Assembly (NCBI GenBank): GCA_035250975.1
Contig: DATFEP010000067.1
Location: forward strand, 32,001-96,000
DNA from: Nitrososphaeraceae archaeon
Lineage (GTDB): Archaea; Thermoproteota; Nitrososphaeria; Nitrososphaerales; Nitrososphaeraceae
Direction of reading: 5' to 3'
DNA: 64,000 nucleotides
A model generated the notes under the pieces. It saw only the letters and a list, made by a program, of their open reading frames with translations, did not search any database and had not been told where the DNA came from. The stretch's first letter is position 1. The number at the start of each line of letters is the position of its first letter. The position numbers and the translations under genes are program-made. This document shows positions 42,023-50,812 of this stretch, in pieces.

Positions 42023-42728
42023 AATAGATAGAATAAAAAATATCTGCGGGAGAATAAAGGTTTTGATTATTAAAATAAAGATAAATACCCCGAAAAAAAC
42101 AAATGAAATATGTGAAAGTCTTTCTCCGAAAATTATTTTAGGGAAATTTATGCATATTAACGATTCATCATGGAAAACTAATAACGGTAAAAAGTTAATA
42201 TTTTTCTTAGGTGCTGGTTTCTGTCCATATTGTGCTGCAGGAAGATGGGCAATAGTTGAGGGATTAAGAAAATTTGGAGAATGGAAAGAATTGATCGAGA
42301 ATCACAGTGCAAGCACTAATGAAAAGTTTTTAAATATAGCTACTTTTGATTTTTCTCATTCCAAATATGAAAGTTCGTTTGGAGAGTTTCGTGGAATTGA
42401 AATTGCTGATAGGGATTCAAAAGCAAAAGAAAAATTGGAGAAAATCGACAAGGAAATCCTAGGAACATATAACCCTGATCATCTTATTCCATTTTTACTA
42501 ATTGATGGTCAATTTATGCAATTTCGAACTGGGATAAATCCAGAATCATTAGAGAAATTAAATCATGAAGAGATAAGAAAAATAATTCGCGACGAAAATT
42601 CAGTGGTTGGCAAATCTATTATAGATGAGAGCAACATTATAGCATCTCTAATATGCAAAAGCATTGACAATATACCAGAAAATATCAAAGATAAACAGAT
42701 TATAGAACTGTTTTACAAAATAAAATGA
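42015..42728 (+). CDS. DUF929 family thioredoxin-fold protein (true start probably downstream)
   Basis: GA.FCPYCAA.RW....L.KFG and IPF. Confidence 0.75.
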   Translation: MIIIDRIKNICGRIKVLIIKIKINTPKKTNEICESLSPKIILGKFMHINDSSWKTNNGKKLIFFLGAGFCPYCAAGRWAIVEGLRKFGEWKELIENHSASTNEKFLNIATFDFSHSKYESSFGEFRGIEIADRDSKAKEKLEKIDKEILGTYNPDHLIPFLLIDGQFMQFRTGINPESLEKLNHEEIRKIIRDENSVVGKSIIDESNIIASLICKSIDNIPENIKDKQIIELFYKIK

Positions 42729-42746
42729 AGGAAATTGAATAAAAAT

Positions 42747-43241
42747 TTATTTCAAACCAGTTATTCGTATTTCAGTTGGGCATCCAAGTTTACTTGATGC
42801 TACTTTGAATCCTTCTTTTGCCAATGGTAAATTTGCAGAAGTAACATAAGCTTCTATTATTGATTGCCCCGGTTTAACCCTCGCTGCTAACCCAGTTGCT
42901 TTCCCAAACGCTCTTCTCATACCTTCCTGGAGTCTATCTGCTCCTGCAGTTGCTATCATTTTGTTTTCCCTTAGCAATACATGAGGATACACTTTTAATT
43001 TAGAGAAAAAACTAGTCTCACCAGCCTGAGCCATTCTTTTATTAGCAGCTAATCTTGCCGCCTCTAAAGCATTATGACGAATTTGAATATTTTCCGTAAC
43101 AATTAATTCCAATTTATAATCATAGCTATTACTTGCTTGACCTGAAGAAAATTTTGCAATTTTTGATTGAGGCTTACCTTTAATATATTCCCTTCTAACA
43201 TAGGGCATTCCCCTAGGTTCTCGATAATTTACACCCTTCAA
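42747..43241 (-). CDS. rpl10e: 50S ribosomal protein L10e (uL16)
   Basis: RENKM...AGADRLQEGMRRAFGK. Confidence 0.96.
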   Translation of the reverse strand: MKGVNYREPRGMPYVRREYIKGKPQSKIAKFSSGQASNSYDYKLELIVTENIQIRHNALEAARLAANKRMAQAGETSFFSKLKVYPHVLLRENKMIATAGADRLQEGMRRAFGKATGLAARVKPGQSIIEAYVTSANLPLAKEGFKVASSKLGCPTEIRITGLK

Positions 43242-43278
43242 TTTTATTTCACTAATCTTTTTATATCAAACATAAACT

Positions 43279-43901
43279 TTGATTTATTCGTTTATGTATA
43301 ATACGACATGGGACAGTAATTACAATAACACTGGTAATGAAAATGAATTAAGTTTTACTGTAGATGCACAAATAGATAATAAAAATACAATAATTATAGA
43401 TTCTATTAAGCAACAGGATCAACTAAGAAATAAGGGGTTTGGAGAAAAAATAAAAGAAAAATTTATTATTGAAGCGTATGAAGCTCTTTTTCTTTTATAT
43501 AACAAAAGATTAGTTTTAAAAAAAAAAAGAAAAAATTAGATTTTTCACAACTTTCTGAAATGTTATTGAAGGATGACATTTCAATATTTACAAAATTTCT
43601 CATATATAGAGATCTAAGAAGTAGAGGATACGTAGCGAAAGAAGGATTCGGATTTGGTTTAGATTTTCGCGTTTATGAAAGAGGAGAATATCTCAAAAAG
43701 CCTGCTAAATACGTAGTTTTTGGAATTAATGAAGGATTGAATATTCAGAGTAGCCATTTATATGACAATGTTAATTCCATTGAGAAAATGGGAAAGGAAG
43801 GAATAATTGCTGTAATTGAGAGAAGAGGAGAAATAATCTATTATAAGATAAATAGAAAAAAATTTGAAACTAATAGCAAATCGATTTCACTTGCTCAATA
43901 A
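43279..43901 (+). CDS. endA: tRNA splicing endonuclease subunit (probably structural/beta), interrupted by a -1 frameshift at an A11 run
   Basis: N-half GFGE....YEALFLL and C-half FLIYRDLRSRGY..K.G..FG.DFRVY...AVIERRGEIIYY lie in different frames, joined at 43518-43528. Confidence 0.85.
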
Positions 43902-43995
43902 TAAAAAAAGTGCAATTAGTAGATGTAAAAATAAAAAAATTAAAAAAATAGAGATAGCTACATTTTTTATATATGATATTCTGTGTAAGATGATC

Positions 43996-44085
43996 TGTGG
44001 GATAATGATGATCACGATAGTCCCCCTATTATATGGGATTATTCCCTGTAAAATGAAGAGAGACACCGGACTACTGAGTTCCATA
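43996..44085 (+). ncRNA. candidate box C/D guide sRNA with an internal hairpin
   Basis: C ATGATGA 44005-44011; D'-like CTGT 44046-44049; C' ATGAAGA 44053-44059; D CTGA 44074-44077; 8-bp terminal stem including G-U pairs; TTTATATA at 43966-43973. Confidence 0.7.
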
Positions 44086-44088
44086 AAA

Positions 44089-44164
44089 TGCTCCGACCGG
44101 GATTTGAACCCGGGATCGTCGCCTTGAGAGGGCGAAATGCTTAACCGGACTACACCATCGGAGC
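44089..44164 (-). tRNA. tRNA-Glu(CTC)
   Basis: GCTCCGA/TCGGAGC-A; TCGCC-CTCTCAA-GGCGA; CCGGG-TTCAAAT-CCCGG. Confidence 0.95.
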
Positions 44165-44307
44165 CCAACAACAATAGAAACCTTCTCAATATAAAAATTC
44201 TGTTAGTGCTAAGTAAAAATAAATTTAACGAAGTTGATCTTGGTTCGAACGATTAATGAAATATTAAGGAAATTAATACTTGAGAAAATAAATTTTATAA
44301 CTGAAAT

Positions 44308-44550
44308 TTAGACAGTTATAACAGGGGCTTCTAGTGGTTCAACGGTTTTTTTGGTTTTAGCACGTAACTTTGCTTTATATTTTAGATTACGTGGTTTAGT
44401 TCTCAATCGATAACCACAACATGGGCACCACAATCCATCCCATTTTATGAAGATTTCACAAATTTGGCAGCGTTTTTGTCCGCTGGCATACCTTCCAGAA
44501 CCTACTGGTTTCTGAGCTTTATGTCTAACGCAAATACCTTTACAAGTCAT
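44308..44550 (-). CDS. small basic zinc-ribbon protein (thaumarchaeal type)
   Basis: CKGIC...KRCQICEIF...CPCCGYRLR. Confidence 0.8.
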   Translation of the reverse strand: MTCKGICVRHKAQKPVGSGRYASGQKRCQICEIFIKWDGLWCPCCGYRLRTKPRNLKYKAKLRAKTKKTVEPLEAPVITV

Positions 44551-44672
44551 TGGTATATATATATCATTAACGAGTATTTAAATATGAATAAAGTCATATT
44601 ATGATAAAATTTAATAAACGATGAGAAGAATTTTTAAAAAATAAAAAGAATATCAATAGTTTGGAAATTTTT

Positions 44673-44927
44673 TTAACTAACCGATATACTCTTTGCCTGA
44701 AACGCTTCGTTCATGGAAACGTATTCTTCTATTTTCATCTTTATATCATCTGGATCAGTATCATCCATTCCTGAAAGTCCTGCCTTAAATGAGATTTTAT
44801 TTCCAGAAACGTTGACATTATCCACTTCCATGTCTGCATAAACATTTGTTAATTCAGTAACCCAGTCTTTAGCTTCTTGTGAGTCTATTCCCTCGGTATC
44901 AATATTTACATTTAGCATTTTTGTCAT
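44673..44927 (-). CDS. small acidic conserved hypothetical protein
   Basis: 84 aa ORF; VYADM and GLSGMDDT. Confidence 0.7.
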   Translation of the reverse strand: MTKMLNVNIDTEGIDSQEAKDWVTELTNVYADMEVDNVNVSGNKISFKAGLSGMDDTDPDDIKMKIEEYVSMNEAFQAKSISVS

Positions 44928-45010
44928 CCAAATACACCTAACTGATTTATGAAAAAGACATTAATAAATTTGACTAATATAGCTTATAAATATAAAGTAA
45001 AAATATAAAG

Positions 45011-45175
45011 CTATTCTTTCTCATCAAATCTCCAATATTTTATTAGTTCTTTTTCAAATTTAGAAAACTGATTATCATTTAATGATTCTCCGCAATTTTT
45101 ATGAGTCGGTACTACTCTCATTCCTGCTAGTTTGAAATCAACCTCATAAAAATGAACAGAAGGACAATCACACAT
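45011..45175 (-). CDS. small Cys/His protein (start re-called at ATG 45175)
   Basis: MCDCPSVHFYEV...PTHKNCG; the longer ORF overlaps the divergent gene. Confidence 0.6.
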   Translation of the reverse strand: MCDCPSVHFYEVDFKLAGMRVVPTHKNCGESLNDNQFSKFEKELIKYWRFDEKE

Positions 45176-45288
45176 TACATGACAATATAAATGATATCCA
45201 TTTATATTCTTATTAGCCTCAAAAGCTAGTGTAAAAATCACGAAATATAATAAACATTTATGAATCCTTTTTTTAATTATTATCTTAT

Positions 45289-46362
45289 ATGAAAAAGCAT
45301 TCATTGATTCAATTTGGATCAAAAATGTCAGTCAAAATAATCTTTTTCACTTTGGTATTGTCATTAGGAACAATATTTCTGACTTTACCTGATTCACAAG
45401 CTGAAGACAACAATTGGTATGTTGGAGAAGGAGTGAAAAAGGATATGTACGTGAAGTATAAGGTAAGTTATTTTGATACTAATAATGGAAGACCATTTGA
45501 TATAACTATATATTTCAAAGAGCAAGATGAGAAGGGAAATTGGATTGCTCCAGTATATGTTGAAGATCAGGGAAAAGTTGTAAGTGGAACATTTATACTC
45601 ACTCCCCTTGACTTGACTGCATTAGGAACATCAGAAATACCGCCAGAGATGGGAGAGTATAGAACTGGTTATGCTAATTCGTTACAATGGCTTGCGGCAT
45701 ATGTATCTAAACCAGGAATGTCACTTAGCGCAGGTTCATGGGGTAAGATAGCCTCAATAGGCGGTTCAGAAATCAAGCCAGTAGGTTCTCAACAATTAAC
45801 AATTCCAGCATTTTCTCAACCTATAGACACAACCATAGTGCAATATTATAAATCCGTTGCAAGTAACATTTACATAAAAAATGAATTTCCATATCCAGTT
45901 ATGGCTAGGACATTTGTAGATGTGACCACTGGAAGCCCTCCAATTCAGTTTCAATTTATATTGGAAGAGACAGGAACTGGTGAACCGCCTATTCCAGAAA
46001 TGGCAAGTTTTGAAGCTACCCCGCCACTACTTGAAAGAACAGAGAGAGGGGATTATTATGTACAATTGGATTGGAATCCGGTACCCATTCTTGCTGGAAA
46101 CGAAACAACATTTACAATAGACTTTCTTGATAAAGAGCAATTTCCAACATCAAAGGTAAGTTATAACCTAAAATTGACTGGGTCTAACAATACATCTATT
46201 GCGGATTTGAAAAATCAGTTTGCTCCAGATGGAACAAAAGCTCATAAATTTACGTTCGAAAAACCAACATTAGTTAATGTAGAAGTATCGATCAATAGTG
46301 TAAAAGGTGTCGATACAGGAGCATTCGTCGAGAAAACTGATTTTACAATCAATGTAAATTAG
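45289..46362 (+). CDS. secreted or surface protein
   Basis: Signal peptide (start perhaps MSVK), beta-rich N-domain, Pro-rich linker, Ig-like C-domain. Confidence 0.75.
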   Translation: MKKHSLIQFGSKMSVKIIFFTLVLSLGTIFLTLPDSQAEDNNWYVGEGVKKDMYVKYKVSYFDTNNGRPFDITIYFKEQDEKGNWIAPVYVEDQGKVVSGTFILTPLDLTALGTSEIPPEMGEYRTGYANSLQWLAAYVSKPGMSLSAGSWGKIASIGGSEIKPVGSQQLTIPAFSQPIDTTIVQYYKSVASNIYIKNEFPYPVMARTFVDVTTGSPPIQFQFILEETGTGEPPIPEMASFEATPPLLERTERGDYYVQLDWNPVPILAGNETTFTIDFLDKEQFPTSKVSYNLKLTGSNNTSIADLKNQFAPDGTKAHKFTFEKPTLVNVEVSINSVKGVDTGAFVEKTDFTINVN

Positions 46363-46414
46363 AAAGAAAAGAATTTTTTCAATTTTTTTTTATTGAATCT
46401 ACTTTTATCAAATT

Positions 46415-47119
46415 ATGTCTCCAAAAAAAAGAGTAATTATAATAACTTGTGTTTTTATTGTAACCTCTATTATAGTCAATTTAACAATCATAGCATATAA
46501 CGGAGGTTTTAGCAACAGTAATTTGGTCACCCCTACTGGATCTCAAAATCTATGGAAGGCAGGCAATAATATAAAACCGGGGGATTTTATGGTTTATGAG
46601 CTCCAAACAAAAGATAAACAAAACAATATTCAAAATAGAATCGTAAATATTTCCTTTTACTACACCCCAAATGAATATTGGAATACCCGATTCATTATTT
46701 CAAACCAAACTGGAAGTAGTATGAAGTTTGTAGAAAAATTATCTAAGTCAAATCTGTTAGTAAAAGACTCCGATGAGAGGAATAAAGAATATTTTAAGGA
46801 AATTGAGACAACAATTCTATCAATAAGAGACATAACAAGAGAACAAAAATACCTAATAATAGGAGCACAATGGGATACAATTTCCTCCGGCGTTTCCACC
46901 ATTCCATTGAAAATAACTTCAAATGAAGACTTAGAAACCCCTATAGGAAAAGTAAATGCATATGTTTTAAACTACAAACTAAACAATACCAACAATAATA
47001 TATGGATTTCAGAAAAATTTCCATTACCGATAAAAGCAGAGATTCATGATGAAGAAGGCAAAATAATATTCAAATATTTAATAAAAAATACAAATATTAA
47101 ATCTTCTTTAAAGACATAA
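46415..47119 (+). CDS. membrane-anchored protein paralogous to the N-domain of the upstream gene
   Basis: N-terminal TM; W..G...K......Y and I.I...FP.P..A motifs shared with 45289..46362. Confidence 0.7.
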   Translation: MSPKKRVIIITCVFIVTSIIVNLTIIAYNGGFSNSNLVTPTGSQNLWKAGNNIKPGDFMVYELQTKDKQNNIQNRIVNISFYYTPNEYWNTRFIISNQTGSSMKFVEKLSKSNLLVKDSDERNKEYFKEIETTILSIRDITREQKYLIIGAQWDTISSGVSTIPLKITSNEDLETPIGKVNAYVLNYKLNNTNNNIWISEKFPLPIKAEIHDEEGKIIFKYLIKNTNIKSSLKT

Positions 47120-47608
47120 ATTAAAAAGTTGCTTATTTTTCTTTGACATAAAAACCTCAGCCAAAAGCCAATTTATATAATTTTCTATATAAGTGTCAAT
47201 TAAACACCAAATGTGTACAGAACCTGGAAGTATTTCAATTCTGCCATTTTTTAGAATAATTCGTACTCCTTCTTTACCCTCATACATATATGCATCTAAG
47301 ACACGAGCTCCAGGAATACTAGCTACCGCTTTAGATTTGACTATTTCTCTGGATATTATAAAATTTTTTCTAAATTTATCTACAATGATACCAATATTTT
47401 CACGGCCGTATGAGTCAAAATCATATATTTTTCTGGAGTCAGGAAAATGTAATTGCAACTCTAGATTATACCTTTTCCCCACAAATTGTGCGATTTCGTT
47501 TATCCTAGCAAATGCAAGATTTGAATTTTTTCTAGACAATTGTTCTAAAACGGCTTTATTGCCCATAAAATTAAATCGCAAATCCCTAATAAGATCTGAG
47601 AATATCAT
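47108..47608 (-). CDS. hypothetical protein
   Basis: 166 aa; DAYMYEGKEG and ILPGSVHIW look conserved. Confidence 0.7.
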   Translation of the reverse strand: MIFSDLIRDLRFNFMGNKAVLEQLSRKNSNLAFARINEIAQFVGKRYNLELQLHFPDSRKIYDFDSYGRENIGIIVDKFRKNFIISREIVKSKAVASIPGARVLDAYMYEGKEGVRIILKNGRIEILPGSVHIWCLIDTYIENYINWLLAEVFMSKKNKQLFNLCL

Positions 47609-47671
47609 ATTTAGAAGAGTTTCATAACATATTTATATATTAATACACCTTTAACAATAAATTTTAATGCT

Positions 47672-48301
47672 ATGTTAAATAGTGGAAGTAGACAAGACAG
47701 GATAGAAAATGTCAATAATTATAAGATAATATGTACTGAATTTATCAAGGACCTATCTACAGATTACATTGGATGGATAGAAAGATATGATCTCGAAGAA
47801 AAAGAAAATAAAAAGAGAAAAGAAGGAATCAAGGAGATAGTAGAAAAATCGAATAATTGGATTTATGTGTTCGGAAATTCAATAAAGAAAATAGATATAA
47901 TAATGAATGACGGCATAAATAAGATGGCTGAAACTACGGCAGGATACCCATTTAAATTTGACATATATATTAAAAATATGTTTAGATATACTTATCATGA
48001 GATCGGAAAAATAAATGTAAATTTAAAAGCTATCCCCAGGCCAGAGTATCAAATAAGATTGGGAAAATATGATAACATAAATTCACTACTAATTAATTCA
48101 TCATCAACTGTTAATTACACCATAAGTAAAAATAGTTTTGAACTAGTCGACGTGTTAGATGATTTTATTGTTATTGATGCAACGAAATGTTCTGATAAGG
48201 ATGTCATATCATTCACCACAATTGTAGAGGAATGTAAGAATGATTTTGTATCTGAAAAGAGAGGATATTCGACAATCATTTCCATAAACCAAAATTCATG
48301 A
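47672..48301 (+). CDS. hypothetical protein
   Basis: 209 aa ORF with an upstream TATA-like box. Confidence 0.6.
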   Translation: MLNSGSRQDRIENVNNYKIICTEFIKDLSTDYIGWIERYDLEEKENKKRKEGIKEIVEKSNNWIYVFGNSIKKIDIIMNDGINKMAETTAGYPFKFDIYIKNMFRYTYHEIGKINVNLKAIPRPEYQIRLGKYDNINSLLINSSSTVNYTISKNSFELVDVLDDFIVIDATKCSDKDVISFTTIVEECKNDFVSEKRGYSTIISINQNS

Positions 48302-48342
48302 AAAGATACTTTAAATAACGTAGGGGTTGAGATTTCGTATGT

Positions 48343-48417
48343 GCGACGGTCGTCCAGTTTGGTCTAGGACATCAGATTGCCAATCTGGTAACCCGGGTTC
48401 AAATCCCGGTCGTCGCA
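48343..48417 (+). tRNA. tRNA-Gly(GCC)
   Basis: GCGACGG/TCGTCGC-A; TCAGA-TTGCCAA-TCTGG; GGTTCAAATCC. Confidence 0.95.
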
Positions 48418-48448
48418 TATTTTTAGATCGAATCTAATAAATCACTAT

Positions 48449-48670
48449 TCAATCAAATCCACTTCCACATGCACAAAGACCATTCTCGTCAACACCTGCA
48501 TCACATATTGGACACACCGCAATGTATTTAGATTCCCAAACGGATTTTCCAAATAAATGAAAATGCGTGTCGATCTCCTTTGGAATTTCAAAATCCTCTA
48601 ATTTATAAGATGTTTCATTGTCAGAGGATTTAGACTTTATATTTTTATTATGTCTCTTATTTGGATACAA
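48449..48670 (-). CDS. small zinc-binding protein
   Basis: CPIC...DENGLCAC. Confidence 0.65.
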   Translation of the reverse strand: MYPNKRHNKNIKSKSSDNETSYKLEDFEIPKEIDTHFHLFGKSVWESKYIAVCPICDAGVDENGLCACGSGFD

Positions 48671-48675
48671 CTAAA

Positions 48676-49131
48676 TTATTCTCTTCTTTTATAGTACGAT
48701 CTTTCGATATTATTCTTAATAATATTAATGGCATTTTCTATCCTATCTCTATTGGGAAGCTGAACCATAAACAAATTAGAAGAATAATTATTAGAATATT
48801 CTTTCGGGATAATGGCTAATAGACCATTTCGGTACAGACATTCGAAAAATTCTAATGATGTATTTGCATGTATCAAAAAATTTTCCTCTATGCCCAAATT
48901 AATCATTTCTAATTGTATATCTACAAAAACATAATAACCATCATAAAAAATATTTAGCAGAACTTCAACAATATATTTTTTTCCGAAAGATTTTTTGATA
49001 ATATTTTCATAAGCGTTTTTATTTAAGTAAATGCAAGGTACTTTATTACCTTCATAATCAATCACTCCAAAACCTTCTTTATGCAGATTTGTCAAAAAAT
49101 CCCTTAAATCGTTAAATTTCCTAAATCTCAC
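48676..49131 (-). CDS. hypothetical protein
   Basis: 151 aa ORF co-directional with the ATPase operon. Confidence 0.65.
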   Translation of the reverse strand: MRFRKFNDLRDFLTNLHKEGFGVIDYEGNKVPCIYLNKNAYENIIKKSFGKKYIVEVLLNIFYDGYYVFVDIQLEMINLGIEENFLIHANTSLEFFECLYRNGLLAIIPKEYSNNYSSNLFMVQLPNRDRIENAINIIKNNIERSYYKRRE

Positions 49132-49192
49132 AATAAAAAATTCAAGAGAATTACTTTTATTTCTTTTTCTTTTTGGATAATGCAGGATTAGA

Positions 49193-50812
49193 TTAGTTTA
49201 GATTGATTGATTTAGCTAATAAAATAGCCCTCTGAGTATCTTCATTTGTACTCATATTAGCTTTTAATTTATAAGCATAATACAACAAGTCGATTATTTT
49301 GGTACGATCCAAAGTTATCTTATGAGTTCCAGAACCGGTTATATTAGAACCGGAGAACACACTGCTTCCATTAGAAGCAAATTCTGCAATATTGTTAAGA
49401 GATAAATTTTGTTTAAATAAGAGGGCACCAGAATTACCTGAAATAGAAATTGCTGATGTTTCATTTGGAGGATTGCCGAAAATTTCAATATCGTCATGCG
49501 AAAAATAATAATTTTCATAATGCGGATCGCTTTGTTTAATTGATTCTAAAAGATTATTAATAGAAGTTATAATTTCCTGCTTTAAATCAACTACAGAGAT
49601 CATATGATTTTTAATTTTAATGAATTCTGAAATAGAAATATTCATTATACTGCCTTTTATCTTCAGACCCGGATAAGTACTCTTTAGAGCTTCATCTATT
49701 GAATCTTCAGTAACTGATTGAAGATTTTTATGGTGAGCTATTTCGAAAGAATTGTACATTATATTCAAAATTGAACGGATATTTCTAAAATCAAAATCTT
49801 CATATAATATCTTAATTTTAGACAATAGATCTTTTATGTCGGCTTCCGATAAACCGGAGTTTTGATTATAATACCTTATATATTCAAGAACAATGTCTGA
49901 AATTTCTTCAAAGGAATTTGATCCTGCTAAATCAATTTTATAATTAGCCTTTTCTAGTCTATCAAAAACGGAACTATCCTTCATCCCAATTCCGTTATAC
50001 GCGAATGGAGTTGAAATTAACATGAGAATTGTATATGGGAGGTGGGTGTTTATCAAAGCTTTTACGAAAGATAATGTATCACTAGTTGCGTTGAATTCAT
50101 CAAACTGGAATATGGAAATCTTGTTCAGTAGTTTTAGATTAAGGCGAGACAATAATGATAACCTATTTATCATATCAAGCAATGTAATAGAGTCATAAGA
50201 ATCGAATTTATTTTGTATTATTTTCTTGATTATCACTAAATCCGTTGACGAGAACTCGCCTTCAAATAAAGAATCGATTTTATCAATATTGAGATCTGTC
50301 TTATTTGCTATAATTTGAAGAACTTTACTTTCCAAACCTTTACCGGATAAAGACTCGAAAAAGCCTAGTTTAAAAATTTTTTTTGCAAGTTTATTATTAC
50401 TTTTACTTTTATCCAGTATATAAAATAGGATTTCTTTCCTTAGCATTCCCAGATAATCATTGTCAAAACCGTGGATCATCGATTGATAAATACTTGGAAT
50501 ATTTTTAGGATAAATTTGAGATAAATCAAGATAAGAAAAAATAGCTTTCTCTCTCAGATCGGATATTTTTACGTGGAGAGTTAAATGTGTCTTTCCAGAT
50601 CCTACATCTTGAACTATCGTAACTATTCGAAACTTATTATTATCATTATTGATTGCCGCAATGTTATAAATATCTTCAACACAGGAAATAATAGAATTTT
50701 TTGCATCATTATGTCTTTTACCTCCCAAGATCTTAGAGTCTTCTATACTAGGAGTAGGACTGCTAGGAAAAGGATTATGACGTAGATGATATGGATACAA
50801 TTTTATAAACAC
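49193..50812 (-). CDS. uncharacterised P-loop ATPase (Cdc6/STAND-like AAA+)
   Basis: N-terminal NPF; Walker A DVGSGKTH; Walker B IFQFDEF; FDRL arginine-finger-like and NIRSIL sensor-2-like motifs. Confidence 0.8.
   Translation of the reverse strand: MFIKLYPYHLRHNPFPSSPTPSIEDSKILGGKRHNDAKNSIISCVEDIYNIAAINNDNNKFRIVTIVQDVGSGKTHLTLHVKISDLREKAIFSYLDLSQIYPKNIPSIYQSMIHGFDNDYLGMLRKEILFYILDKSKSNNKLAKKIFKLGFFESLSGKGLESKVLQIIANKTDLNIDKIDSLFEGEFSSTDLVIIKKIIQNKFDSYDSITLLDMINRLSLLSRLNLKLLNKISIFQFDEFNATSDTLSFVKALINTHLPYTILMLISTPFAYNGIGMKDSSVFDRLEKANYKIDLAGSNSFEEISDIVLEYIRYYNQNSGLSEADIKDLLSKIKILYEDFDFRNIRSILNIMYNSFEIAHHKNLQSVTEDSIDEALKSTYPGLKIKGSIMNISISEFIKIKNHMISVVDLKQEIITSINNLLESIKQSDPHYENYYFSHDDIEIFGNPPNETSAISISGNSGALLFKQNLSLNNIAEFASNGSSVFSGSNITGSGTHKITLDRTKIIDLLYYAYKLKANMSTNEDTQRAILLAKSINLN

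Noticed and set aside
43864-44189. ORFs 43864..44127 (+) and 43887..44189 (-)
   Set aside because: They overlap tRNA-Glu and the C/D-like RNA and have low-complexity translations; spurious.
17745-48417. Integrated elements at tRNA 3' ends
   Set aside because: No integrase and no duplicated tRNA 3' end (att site) seen. The 10-nt repeat near tRNA-Glu matches its D-loop and is better explained as an sRNA guide.
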